A stretch of 11,454 nt of DNA, from IMG/VR virus record IMGVR_UViG_3300031740_000001; one strand, 5' to 3'. Made by a program: the position numbers and the translations under genes. The DNA is from a virus (Duplodnaviria; Heunggongvirae; Uroviricota; Caudoviricetes). Below are positions 1-8,016 of the stretch, in pieces (the stretch's first letter is position 1; every line of letters starts with the position of its first letter). Below the pieces are notes generated by a model that had not been told where the DNA came from, searched no databases, and worked only from the letters and a program-made list of their open reading frames with translations.

Positions 1-2
1 CT

Positions 3-2630
3 GCAGCTGACGCGGCACAAATTGGCGTGAGCATAGGATTCTTGAAAGACATGTTGAATCAGTCAATCACCTATAGCTTTTTTCCGCTCGATAGCACGGT
101 TGTAGGGGCAAAAACTGAGGTCAGTAAGTTCAGTATTACAGACCTAGATCCCTTCTGGGATGCAACGCGTAGCCCTGCGGCTGTCCGTGATATCTACCCG
201 TGGCGCTATCAAGAATTGAGCCGTTTCACAGCTACTGCTGCCGCTGCAAGCCGAATGGTTCTGCAGTTTTTCAACGGCATCACGTCATCAAATAACGCTT
301 TCCTCTACTTCGTGGACATGGAAATCACGTATTGCGAAGAGACTCGCGTCCTGTACGGCGGACGACGTACCACTAACCTGAACATTTCGGGCGGTGCTGT
401 TGACGCATACGAAGTTGGCCCCAACTTGGTGCGGCTGCTGGATACCAATCTCGCTACTGCGACAACTGTTCTGACACCTGGTGACTATGCCGTCACGTTG
501 ATGCACAACGACTTGCTTATCCCATCGGGGCAAAGCGGCGCACCAAAGGTGGCGGCACTGCGCGAGCTGTACCAACTGGAGCAGCAGCGAGGGTTCAACC
601 TAGCCCAGTCGCTGACCGTGGACGACCAGTTCACCATCGCGGATTCGCCTGTCCTCACAGAGCTGACGTTGCACACGTCTTCGGCCGTGGTCACTGGCGT
701 GCACCCGTACGGTATTCAAGACGACATCCCGGTTTATGGAACGATCACTGCGATTCAAGAGATCGAAGACGATCCGGTGGGGACGGCCAAATCGTACCCA
801 CAAGTCCGTTTCTATGCGCGCCGTTTCGGCAATACTGGTGTCCCACTGACCCTCGTAGACGTGGCGACTGGGCTGTCTACCGTGAGTATCAGCGTCCAGG
901 ACTTTGACGCGCTTCCGGAAATCGTGGACGGCTGGCGCGAAGTCAATCTGCGCTTCACCACGGCTCCAACATTTGCAACTGCCGCTGGTGACGTGGACTG
1001 GCGCTGGCAGGCTTCTGGTGAGTTGGCGCGCAACCAGTGGCAAGTTCTCGGCATGGGCAGCCAGGCATTTGCTGCGCACTCGATCGGGCCTGCTTCTTAC
1101 TATGCGCCACAGGGTAATACGGTCGATCTGACGTGGCAGTCCCCGGTAATTTCCGGTACAGCGGAAGACACTCTTTCCGATGCCGTTATCATCTTCTCGA
1201 CTGATCCGCCGAGCGTGACCGGATTCGCGATCAGCACGCAATCTCAGGCTATTACCGGCATCACTTCTGGCTGTGTGCCCGCACGATGCATTCCGAGCGC
1301 CATTAAGTACAACCAAATGAGTTGGACGGTCGGCTCTATCGGTGATGATTTCGAGCGCACCAGTGCCGTGGGGTGGGGCACCGCGACAACCGGCCAGAGC
1401 TGGACCATGACGCTAGATGGCGTTGGCGGCACAACGTCTGTCGCGAATGGTCGTGGGCGCAGTACCAGTGCGATCGCTGGTGCAACGAACTATGGTCACG
1501 TTATCGCGCCAAGCGCAGATACCTACCAGCGAATGCAGATCTTTACACCCGCGATCGCTACCGGCGCAACTCAGGTCATCGAGATCGAATCTCGATACAC
1601 GTCGATTGCCAACTACTACTCTGTACAGGTTCTGCCTGATACGACTGGGCTGCTCACGGTACGTTTTCTTAAGGTAGTGGCCAGTGTTGGCGCTATCTTT
1701 GGACCTAGTGTCAGCAATATCCCCTATGCGGTAGGGCAGGCAATCAACATTGTCTTCGCTGTGGTGGGCTCCCGGCTTTCGGCGAAGGTGTGGGTCGGCA
1801 CTGATGTGGCTGAGCCTGCTGGCTGGACAATTGAGGTAACTGATACCTCGCTGATCTCAGCTGGCAGTAACGGAGTTCGCCTCGGCACCAGCGCCAGCAA
1901 CACGAACACGATGCCCTTTACCTTGGAAATCGATAACTATTGCACCAATGTAGCGAGCATCGCGGGCGGTAGTATCGAAATCCAGCGTAGCGACACGGTA
2001 GACACCGACTGGCAGACGATCATGCTCACCGAAGATCTCTGCACGGTTTCTTTCCGTGATTTTGAGGCTCGCGTAGGAGTTCCAACGTCATACCGGATTC
2101 GCACGCTCAACGTCCTGGACTTCGCGGGCTCATGGGTTACCGGATCTGGTTCTCCAATCACGATTGCCAGCCCTGGCGTCACCATTGGTGGCACAGGAAA
2201 TTCCGTGCTCATCTTCACGAGCAATGAAGACCCGACTGCAAATCTCGCGTACACCATGCAGTGGGAGAACCAGCCGATCGAGACGTTCGCGTTCCCAGAG
2301 GCTAACGAAGTTCAGCTACAGCGTATGTACGGAAAGGATTTCTTCACCGCATTCCACCCGCTGGAGCGCGGTGGGGATCAGTTCACGCGGGCAATTCTCG
2401 TCAACGCTGCCGCTATTCCGGTGCCGTCGCTGGCGAACTTCCGCGGTCTGCGAGATCTCGCGTGGGCAAGCTTGAATTACGTGTGTGTCCGTGATGAGCT
2501 AGGTAACCGCTGGTTCGCGAACATCCTGGTTCCGGACGGCAATGCGCGCCTGGACCGCACGATCTATATGGCGCAAATCCAGGTCAGTGAGGTTACAGAC
2601 ACTCCAACGCCGATTGCTGAGGTGCCGTAG
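3..2630 (+). CDS. Large multidomain minor tail/structural protein, possibly 5'-truncated (FnIII-like repeat with an inserted ConA/LamG-like beta-sandwich)
   Basis: The frame is open from nt 3 (AADAAQIG...). The alternative GTG start at 27 forms a GTGA overlap with a frame-1 stop at 28-30. The protein is T/S/G/A-rich and beta-strand-like. It has a DDFERT..GWGTA.TGQSW motif and RLSAKVW...EP..W...D typical of actinophage tail lectin-like domains, and FnIII-like IEIQRSD..WQTI..FRD..G..SYRIR. It lies directly upstream of other tail-like genes. Confidence 0.75.
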   Translation, partial: AADAAQIGVSIGFLKDMLNQSITYSFFPLDSTVVGAKTEVSKFSITDLDPFWDATRSPAAVRDIYPWRYQELSRFTATAAAASRMVLQFFNGITSSNNAFLYFVDMEITYCEETRVLYGGRRTTNLNISGGAVDAYEVGPNLVRLLDTNLATATTVLTPGDYAVTLMHNDLLIPSGQSGAPKVAALRELYQLEQQRGFNLAQSLTVDDQFTIADSPVLTELTLHTSSAVVTGVHPYGIQDDIPVYGTITAIQEIEDDPVGTAKSYPQVRFYARRFGNTGVPLTLVDVATGLSTVSISVQDFDALPEIVDGWREVNLRFTTAPTFATAAGDVDWRWQASGELARNQWQVLGMGSQAFAAHSIGPASYYAPQGNTVDLTWQSPVISGTAEDTLSDAVIIFSTDPPSVTGFAISTQSQAITGITSGCVPARCIPSAIKYNQMSWTVGSIGDDFERTSAVGWGTATTGQSWTMTLDGVGGTTSVANGRGRSTSAIAGATNYGHVIAPSADTYQRMQIFTPAIATGATQVIEIESRYTSIANYYSVQVLPDTTGLLTVRFLKVVASVGAIFGPSVSNIPYAVGQAINIVFAVVGSRLSAKVWVGTDVAEPAGWTIEVTDTSLISAGSNGVRLGTSASNTNTMPFTLEIDNYCTNVASIAGGSIEIQRSDTVDTDWQTIMLTEDLCTVSFRDFEARVGVPTSYRIRTLNVLDFAGSWVTGSGSPITIASPGVTIGGTGNSVLIFTSNEDPTANLAYTMQWENQPIETFAFPEANEVQLQRMYGKDFFTAFHPLERGGDQFTRAILVNAAAIPVPSLANFRGLRDLAWASLNYVCVRDELGNRWFANILVPDGNARLDRTIYMAQIQVSEVTDTPTPIAEVP

Positions 2631-3724
2631 TGTCCAGCCGCTGGTCCGGCACGCTCATCACGAAAGAGCCGAATCCGAAATTGGATCTGGCCGATTATGT
2701 CGGCCAGCGAGCGTCTACGTTCAGATTTGACCTAGTGGACTCAGTGACCGGCTACCGTCAGCCCGTTACGCCGTTGCGAAGTCCAGTGCCGACTCTGAGT
2801 CATGACACTAGTCGCACCATTAAACGGCAAATCATGGGTTTGTTTTTCGGCGTAACAGACACGCTTGCCTTCAATTCGGTGACCTCACGTCTCGAAGTCT
2901 TCATGACGTTAGACGATGTGGAATACCCGCTGGGGCGCTACATCCCGAACAGCCAGATCAGATTTCCCTCGACGGGCGGCAAGCAGTCTTCAGTAACCTT
3001 TTATGATGAAGGGTTTATTGTTGATCAGGAGCTGACCGAGGCCTTTGGCTCGGTTTACTTCGCTGAAGAGCTGCATACCACCGTGACGCGTTTGCTCACA
3101 CCGTTGCCGATTGAGTTCACGGTGGAGCCTAGCCCTTATGCGGCAACAGTTTCCTGGTCTTCGGGAGCACGGCGGGGTTATGTTTGCGAGCAGCTGGCGA
3201 TCGATGGCGACTGGTTCTCCCCGTGGTTTGACAATCAGTCCGTTATGCGATGGATTCGGGCTTTCGATCCGGCCGATGCGATACCGACATTTGATCTTGA
3301 TGATGGCAATAAAGTGCTCCGAGAGCGCGTTACCGAAACGGATGACTTGATCTCTGCACCGAACCGGTTCGTGGTCGTTTCCAATGGAATCTCTGCTTCT
3401 GGCGTCAACAACTCTCCGGTAGTCGGAACGTATGATGTGCCGGATAGTGCGCCGCATAGTGCTCTGAACAGGGGATTCGTCATTCAGCGTACGATGGACC
3501 GCCAGCTTACGGACGTGGGTCAAGCCTTCGCTGTTGCACAAAATCTGGGACAGCGGCAGACCATTTTCGAGACAGTCGAGTTGTCCACAGCTCCAGATCC
3601 CCGACATGATTCGTACGATGTTTTGCGTTGGCAGGGCTCGAATTGGTTGGAGATTTCCTGGTCATTGCCGTTGATTGAGGGATCAGCCATGAGCCACGTT
3701 GCCAGGAAGGCGTACGGGCAATGA
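2630..3724 (+). CDS. Minor tail protein (tail-tip/hub-like, actinophage type)
   Basis: 364 aa; the GTG start shares one base with the upstream TAG. Motifs resemble actinophage tail-tip proteins: TLSHDTSRTIKRQ, EYPLGRY, PNRFVVV, PDPRHDSYDV, W.EISWSLPL. Confidence 0.7.
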   Translation: MSSRWSGTLITKEPNPKLDLADYVGQRASTFRFDLVDSVTGYRQPVTPLRSPVPTLSHDTSRTIKRQIMGLFFGVTDTLAFNSVTSRLEVFMTLDDVEYPLGRYIPNSQIRFPSTGGKQSSVTFYDEGFIVDQELTEAFGSVYFAEELHTTVTRLLTPLPIEFTVEPSPYAATVSWSSGARRGYVCEQLAIDGDWFSPWFDNQSVMRWIRAFDPADAIPTFDLDDGNKVLRERVTETDDLISAPNRFVVVSNGISASGVNNSPVVGTYDVPDSAPHSALNRGFVIQRTMDRQLTDVGQAFAVAQNLGQRQTIFETVELSTAPDPRHDSYDVLRWQGSNWLEISWSLPLIEGSAMSHVARKAYGQ

Positions 3725-4416
3725 CCGATGAAGATCTCAGCACTAAAGCCGCAGTAAGCGCGGTCGAAGAGGTGCAAGCGAACGCGGAAAATTTGGATCT
3801 TAAGTGGGGTTTACGACCAGCTCAGGTTAACGACATCACGGGTAACGCTGTTCAGATTATCCTTGATGGTGATACGAATCTGGTACCGGCCATATCCCTT
3901 ATCGGTAACCTGGCCAAAGGTGCGCGCGTTTGGGCGTTGAAGATTCCACCTAGTGGCAACTACGTCGTCGGTTTTGCAGGTGGCGCACCATTGCCGCAGA
4001 TGGGGACATTTCACGGACTGGCGAACGCTCCGCAGACCAGAAACGTTGCTACATATGCCGACGTGCTCGCGATCGGTGCGGTTTCAGTGACCACCATCTT
4101 CTACAAGTACCGCGCTGGCAGCAGGATTGCCTACAACCTGGTGACCGATGCCTTCGCCACTGCAGCGAACGCTACCGTGGAGTACGCGTTTTTGGTCAAC
4201 GGTACTGACTACTCTGCCGCTACCTACTTTTTCAACGCCGCTACCGACCACCGGACGGTCGCGGGTGCAAGCGTGCTCACCGGTAGCGAGAACATCCCCG
4301 CTGGCAGATATACCGTGACGTTGCGCTGGCGCAGCCCAAGCGCCACGGCGGTGAACATGAACAATGACAGCCAGATTCTGTTTCAGCTGACCGAAGTGGC
4401 TCCTGCGTTAACGTGA
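3721..4416 (+). CDS. Minor tail protein: N-terminal small beta-barrel-like domain plus C-terminal jelly-roll, candidate receptor-binding protein
   Basis: ATGA overlap with the upstream gene. The N-terminus QIILDGDT..VPAISLIGNLAKGARV..L.IPPSGNYVVG is typical of actinophage minor tail proteins. The C-terminus is all-beta and ends IPAGRYTVTLRWR...LFQLTEV. Confidence 0.65.
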   Translation: MTDEDLSTKAAVSAVEEVQANAENLDLKWGLRPAQVNDITGNAVQIILDGDTNLVPAISLIGNLAKGARVWALKIPPSGNYVVGFAGGAPLPQMGTFHGLANAPQTRNVATYADVLAIGAVSVTTIFYKYRAGSRIAYNLVTDAFATAANATVEYAFLVNGTDYSAATYFFNAATDHRTVAGASVLTGSENIPAGRYTVTLRWRSPSATAVNMNNDSQILFQLTEVAPALT

Positions 4417-5111
4417 CCTTTCGGCCGTTATTCGGTTATGATGTCGGAATGAATCTTTGGGCCGTGATCCCTTCGCGAGGTCATGAGCGAAACCAGATGC
4501 TCGTTGAGCTGATATACTCGCTACTTCGTGACGACGTTAACGTCATCATCATTGACACGGGATTTCCGAACAGCACAGCGTTTCACGACAAGGTGACCGT
4601 TATCAAAGATCATAATGAACCAAAGAATATCTCGCGCTGGTGGAATCTTGGTCTTGATGAAGTTCATAGGGTGCAGCAGTGGATCGATACGGATTACGTC
4701 GTCGCAATTCTCAATGATGACCTGGTGATACCTCCCAATTTCGTCGAGACACTGGCCGTGGCGATCGTCAAGAACAGCGCTGCAGCCGCGTACCCGGATC
4801 AACACGATTTTGCAGCTGGCCAGCAAATAGTGATGAGAAGTCCTGGACCGATCAACCTTTTTGCCCGGATGTGCGGCTATGCCTTCGCGTTACGCGGCTC
4901 GGCCAACCTGAAAGCTGACGAGACGCTGGCCTGGTGGTACGGGGACGATGACCTAGATTGGCGGGCTCGTCAGGCAGGCGGTAACGTTCTGGTCGGTGGC
5001 CTCAAGGTGCAGCATCTTCGGCCGAATGAGTCCACCGTAGGCGAGCTGGCGGAGCAGGCAGGACGCGACCGACAGACATTTATCAATAAATGGGGCCAAG
5101 CGCCCTGGTGA
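4413..5111 (+). CDS. Glycosyltransferase family 2 (GT-A fold), actinophage type
   Basis: AVIPSR N-terminal strand, IIIDTG, N.SRWWN.G, AILNDD (DxD-like), GYAFALRG, WWYGDDDLDWRA (catalytic-base region) and terminal H. GTGA overlap with the tail gene; alternative ATG at 4449. Confidence 0.88.
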   Translation: MTFRPLFGYDVGMNLWAVIPSRGHERNQMLVELIYSLLRDDVNVIIIDTGFPNSTAFHDKVTVIKDHNEPKNISRWWNLGLDEVHRVQQWIDTDYVVAILNDDLVIPPNFVETLAVAIVKNSAAAAYPDQHDFAAGQQIVMRSPGPINLFARMCGYAFALRGSANLKADETLAWWYGDDDLDWRARQAGGNVLVGGLKVQHLRPNESTVGELAEQAGRDRQTFINKWGQAPW

Positions 5112-5120
5112 AGGACAGAG

Positions 5121-5780
5121 ATGACGACAAGACATGAATTTCTTTCACAGCTTCATGAGCTGCTGAAACCTACGCAATACCTGGAAATCGGTGTCCAGCA
5201 TGGCTGGTCTCTTCAACTTTCCCAGGCTCCGTTCAACATCGGGGTTGATCCTGCACCGCTGATAACGCGTGAGCAGCTTAACGTCCCTGGTGAGGTCATT
5301 TTGGCAAAGATGACCTCTGATGTATTTTTTGACGAGTACATTCAGCCAGATCTCAACTTCGGGCCTATTGATCTCGCCTTCATCGACGGCATGCACCTAG
5401 CCGAGTTCGCCTGGCGCGATTTCCTGAACGTCGCGAAATACTGCCACGCGGGCAGCGTCGTGGTCTTTGACGACGTGCTGCCGTACACGCAGGAGATGGC
5501 GGCTCGCGAGATCTGTCCAGGCGACTGGACCGGGGACGTGTGGAAGGTCTACTACGAGCTGCGTCGAGAAACAGACTACGTTATCCAGCTGGTGGACACT
5601 GCACCAACCGGCACGCTGGTGGTCACAGGATTCGATGATCATGACCCAGATGCGTTTCATCGTGACATTGGTCAGATTGGGCTCAATGCGCCGGTCTTCC
5701 CGGAAGTATTAGATCGTCGGCACGCGTGGAGCGCGCCTGCTGTTATTGAAAACCTGAAAGATAGGGGATTTGGCAAATGA
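5121..5780 (+). CDS. Class I SAM-dependent methyltransferase (Methyltransf_24-like; probable sugar O-methyltransferase)
   Basis: Motif I YLEIGVQHGWS, IGVDP, IDLAFIDGMH, GSVVVFDDV and WTGDVWK. AAGGA RBS 5' of the ATG. Confidence 0.88.
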   Translation: MTTRHEFLSQLHELLKPTQYLEIGVQHGWSLQLSQAPFNIGVDPAPLITREQLNVPGEVILAKMTSDVFFDEYIQPDLNFGPIDLAFIDGMHLAEFAWRDFLNVAKYCHAGSVVVFDDVLPYTQEMAAREICPGDWTGDVWKVYYELRRETDYVIQLVDTAPTGTLVVTGFDDHDPDAFHRDIGQIGLNAPVFPEVLDRRHAWSAPAVIENLKDRGFGK

Positions 5781-6619
5781 AGATTGCAGTCACAGGTGGC
5801 GGTGGCTTCCTAGGACAAGCCGTCATGATGGCTGGTTCGATGGCAGGACATACCATGCTCTCTTTCGATAAGGCAAATGGCTTTGACGTGCTCGGCCAGC
5901 TGGACCAGCTCCACGACTTCAAGCCGGACAGCATCATCCACATGGCTGGAGTGCTTGGCACCCATGAGCTTTTCGACACTCCAGCAATGGCCATCGACGT
6001 GAACATCCATGGCACGTTGAGGATTCTGGAGAGCTGCCGCGTTCTCGGCGCTGGCTACGTAGGCATGAGTTTGCCGCCTGTCTTCCCCTCCATCTACACG
6101 GCCACCAAGCTCTGCACGGACCACCTGGCCACGGCGTATCACCACACTTACGGTGTCCCAACGGCAAAGGTGCGCGCCTTCAACGCTTTTGGGCCTGGCC
6201 AGAAGTTCGGCGCTGGCCATCCGCAGAAGATCATCCCGACTTTCTCGGTCTACAGCTGGGCGCGTAAGCCTATCCCGATCTGGGGCGATGGCGAGCAGTG
6301 CGTGGACTTGATCGACGCTGCGCAGGTCGCTCGCGTGCTCATCGAGGCGACTGGCGTCGAGGATGACACGATGATTGACGCTGGTTCTGGTGTCAGCGCA
6401 ACCGTCAACGAGGTCGCAAATTACGTCAACGCTGTCACCGGATCACTGGTTGGAGTGGAATACTTGCCGATGCGCCGTGGTGAAATCCCCACGGAAATCG
6501 TTGCACTGGGCCAGGGGTGGGATCGGCTGTCATTTCGTCCCTCGTTCAACGATGACTTCTTGAAACAGACGATTTGGTCCTACCAAAGCCATCCAGCAGT
6601 CACCAGCGGTGAGCTGTGA
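5777..6619 (+). CDS. NAD-dependent nucleotide-sugar epimerase/dehydratase (extended SDR)
   Basis: MKIAVTGGGGFLG Rossmann motif, IIHMAG, VNIHGT, catalytic YTATK (YxxxK), RAFNAFGPGQ, IWGDGEQ, RRGEI. ATGA overlap. Confidence 0.92.
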   Translation: MKIAVTGGGGFLGQAVMMAGSMAGHTMLSFDKANGFDVLGQLDQLHDFKPDSIIHMAGVLGTHELFDTPAMAIDVNIHGTLRILESCRVLGAGYVGMSLPPVFPSIYTATKLCTDHLATAYHHTYGVPTAKVRAFNAFGPGQKFGAGHPQKIIPTFSVYSWARKPIPIWGDGEQCVDLIDAAQVARVLIEATGVEDDTMIDAGSGVSATVNEVANYVNAVTGSLVGVEYLPMRRGEIPTEIVALGQGWDRLSFRPSFNDDFLKQTIWSYQSHPAVTSGEL

Positions 6620-7305
6620 AAGTAGCCATTGTTACCGCTATTTACGGCGAATACGAGCACCCGAAAGCGCTTCCTGAAGAGCTAGCCAGCGGGAACTATG
6701 ACCTCCCCTGCTATCTCTATACGGATAGCGAACGTGTCCAGTATGAAGCCTTGGACTTGGGGTATACAGCCATCTTGGACGAGATGGAAGATATTGCTAC
6801 GCCGATGCTCAAGGCCAAGTACTGGAAGACCCATCCGACCAGCGCGGCACCGTTCCGTGACGCGTCAATCTGGCTGGATGGGTCAATGATTATCACGTTA
6901 TCAGGATCGGATTTCATCGCCAAGTGCGAGGCTGCATTGGGCGAAGATGACATTTCGTTTACCCCGCACCCGTTGCGCACCTGTATCATGCCCGAGGCCA
7001 GCGTGACTGCCGCGCTCGCGCGCTACAGCGACTGCAAGCCGATCGAGCAGGTCGAGTTTTATCGTAACGTCGTTGGCCACCCGATGAACTGGGGGCTCAT
7101 GGCCAGCGGGGCGTTCACGGTTCGCCATGGCGACAACACAGAGCAGTGGGGCAAGCTCTGGTGGGACGAGTGCAATAACTGGACCTACCAGGACCAGCTC
7201 TCTTTGCCGGTGATTACCCGGCTCATGACGATGGAGGGGAAACTGAAGTGGAATTTGGGGATGCCGTGGGCTCAATGGTGGGGGATAGCGGAGCACGGTC
7301 GCTAG
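6616..7305 (+). CDS. DUF616 / TOD1-MUCI70-like (GT8-related, GT-A) glycosyltransferase
   Basis: AIVTAIYGEYE.P, YLYTD, AKYWKTHP, SIWLDGS (DxD-like), HPLRTCI..EA, WW.E...WTYQDQLSLP; this motif order is characteristic of DUF616-type proteins. GTGA overlap. Confidence 0.75.
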   Translation: MKVAIVTAIYGEYEHPKALPEELASGNYDLPCYLYTDSERVQYEALDLGYTAILDEMEDIATPMLKAKYWKTHPTSAAPFRDASIWLDGSMIITLSGSDFIAKCEAALGEDDISFTPHPLRTCIMPEASVTAALARYSDCKPIEQVEFYRNVVGHPMNWGLMASGAFTVRHGDNTEQWGKLWWDECNNWTYQDQLSLPVITRLMTMEGKLKWNLGMPWAQWWGIAEHGR

Positions 7306-7451
7306 GAGAAACTTGGTGCAGCCATCCAGGTGGCAATACCGTGCATTACTTCGGCAACGGTATGGAGCTACCGTGCGAATGTGGTGAGCGTCCGTATTTT
7401 CAGAGCCTGTACATCGATCTAGATGACGAAGGACCCGAAGATGGAATTTGA
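7275..7451 (+). CDS. Small hypothetical Cys/His-containing protein (about 58 aa; alternative GTG start at 7248)
   Basis: Fills the only gap (7306-7440) in an otherwise coupled operon and overlaps both neighbours. It contains WCSHP...HYF...PCECG and an acidic tail (DLDDEGPEDG). Confidence 0.45.
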   Translation: MVGDSGARSLGETWCSHPGGNTVHYFGNGMELPCECGERPYFQSLYIDLDDEGPEDGI

Positions 7452-8016
7452 TCCGGGCATCACCGTAGTCATCCCGAGCATTCCGCCACGGCGCGAGCTG
7501 CTCAAGCGCGCCATAGCGTCAGCCGTAGATCAGATCTACCCAGCGGCAGCCATTTCCGTTGCCGTGGATACGGAGCGGAAAGGTGCCTGGCACACGCGTA
7601 ATCGTGCTCTTTCAGCTGCTAGAACCGAATGGACAGCCTTCCTTGACGACGATGATGAGTTCCTACCAGAACACCTCAACGTCCTTCATAATCATGTTGT
7701 CAACTTCGGTGCGGACATGGCGTACTCGTGGTTCAACACCGTTCCTTTCGGTGGTGACCCGTTCCCGGCTTGGTTCGCCGATGCGCCCTGGAATCCGGAA
7801 GAGCCTCGTCACACAACGATCGTCATGCTTGTTAGGACTCGACTTGCGCAAGAGATCAGCTTTACATCACCTGTCGAGGGAGATCCTTTCGGCAACGAAG
7901 ATTGGCGCTTCATTCTTGAGTTGAACCAGCGCGGTAAGATCGTGCATGCACCTCACCGTACGTGGTTGTGGCATCACGATTCTGCAAATACCTCTGGAAG
8001 GCCGGACAGGTGGTGA
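7441..8016 (+). CDS. Glycosyltransferase family 2 (GT-A fold)
   Basis: ITVVIPSIP.R..LLKRAIAS...Q, RNRAL, WTAFLDDDD (DxD), NEDW and terminal HH. The ATG at 7441 has a GAAGGA RBS; the ORF track starts at 7423. Confidence 0.9.
   Translation: MEFDPGITVVIPSIPPRRELLKRAIASAVDQIYPAAAISVAVDTERKGAWHTRNRALSAARTEWTAFLDDDDEFLPEHLNVLHNHVVNFGADMAYSWFNTVPFGGDPFPAWFADAPWNPEEPRHTTIVMLVRTRLAQEISFTSPVEGDPFGNEDWRFILELNQRGKIVHAPHRTWLWHHDSANTSGRPDRW

Noticed and set aside
600-1316. 238-aa - strand ORF, with other antisense ORFs at 288-575, 485-694, 812-1054, 1244-1432, 1724-1909 and 1937-2257
   Set aside because: Shadow ORFs fully opposite the tail gene; Arg/Ser-rich with no motifs or RBS.
2990-3607. 205-aa - strand ORF
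   Set aside because: Antisense to a well-supported tail gene; no recognisable motifs.
5810-6220. 136-aa - strand ORF and overlapping short ORFs
   Set aside because: Antisense shadow of the epimerase gene, which has clear catalytic motifs.
7313-7387. TTG/GTG-started ORF of about 24 codons after a TAGGAG RBS-like sequence
   Set aside because: Very short and featureless; the overlapping +3 frame is the better candidate for this gap.
7962-8012. Longer GTG start for the endonuclease given in the ORF track
   Set aside because: It overlaps the GT2 gene by 55 nt; GTG 8013 gives the 4-nt overlap used throughout this operon and begins right at the Cys motif.
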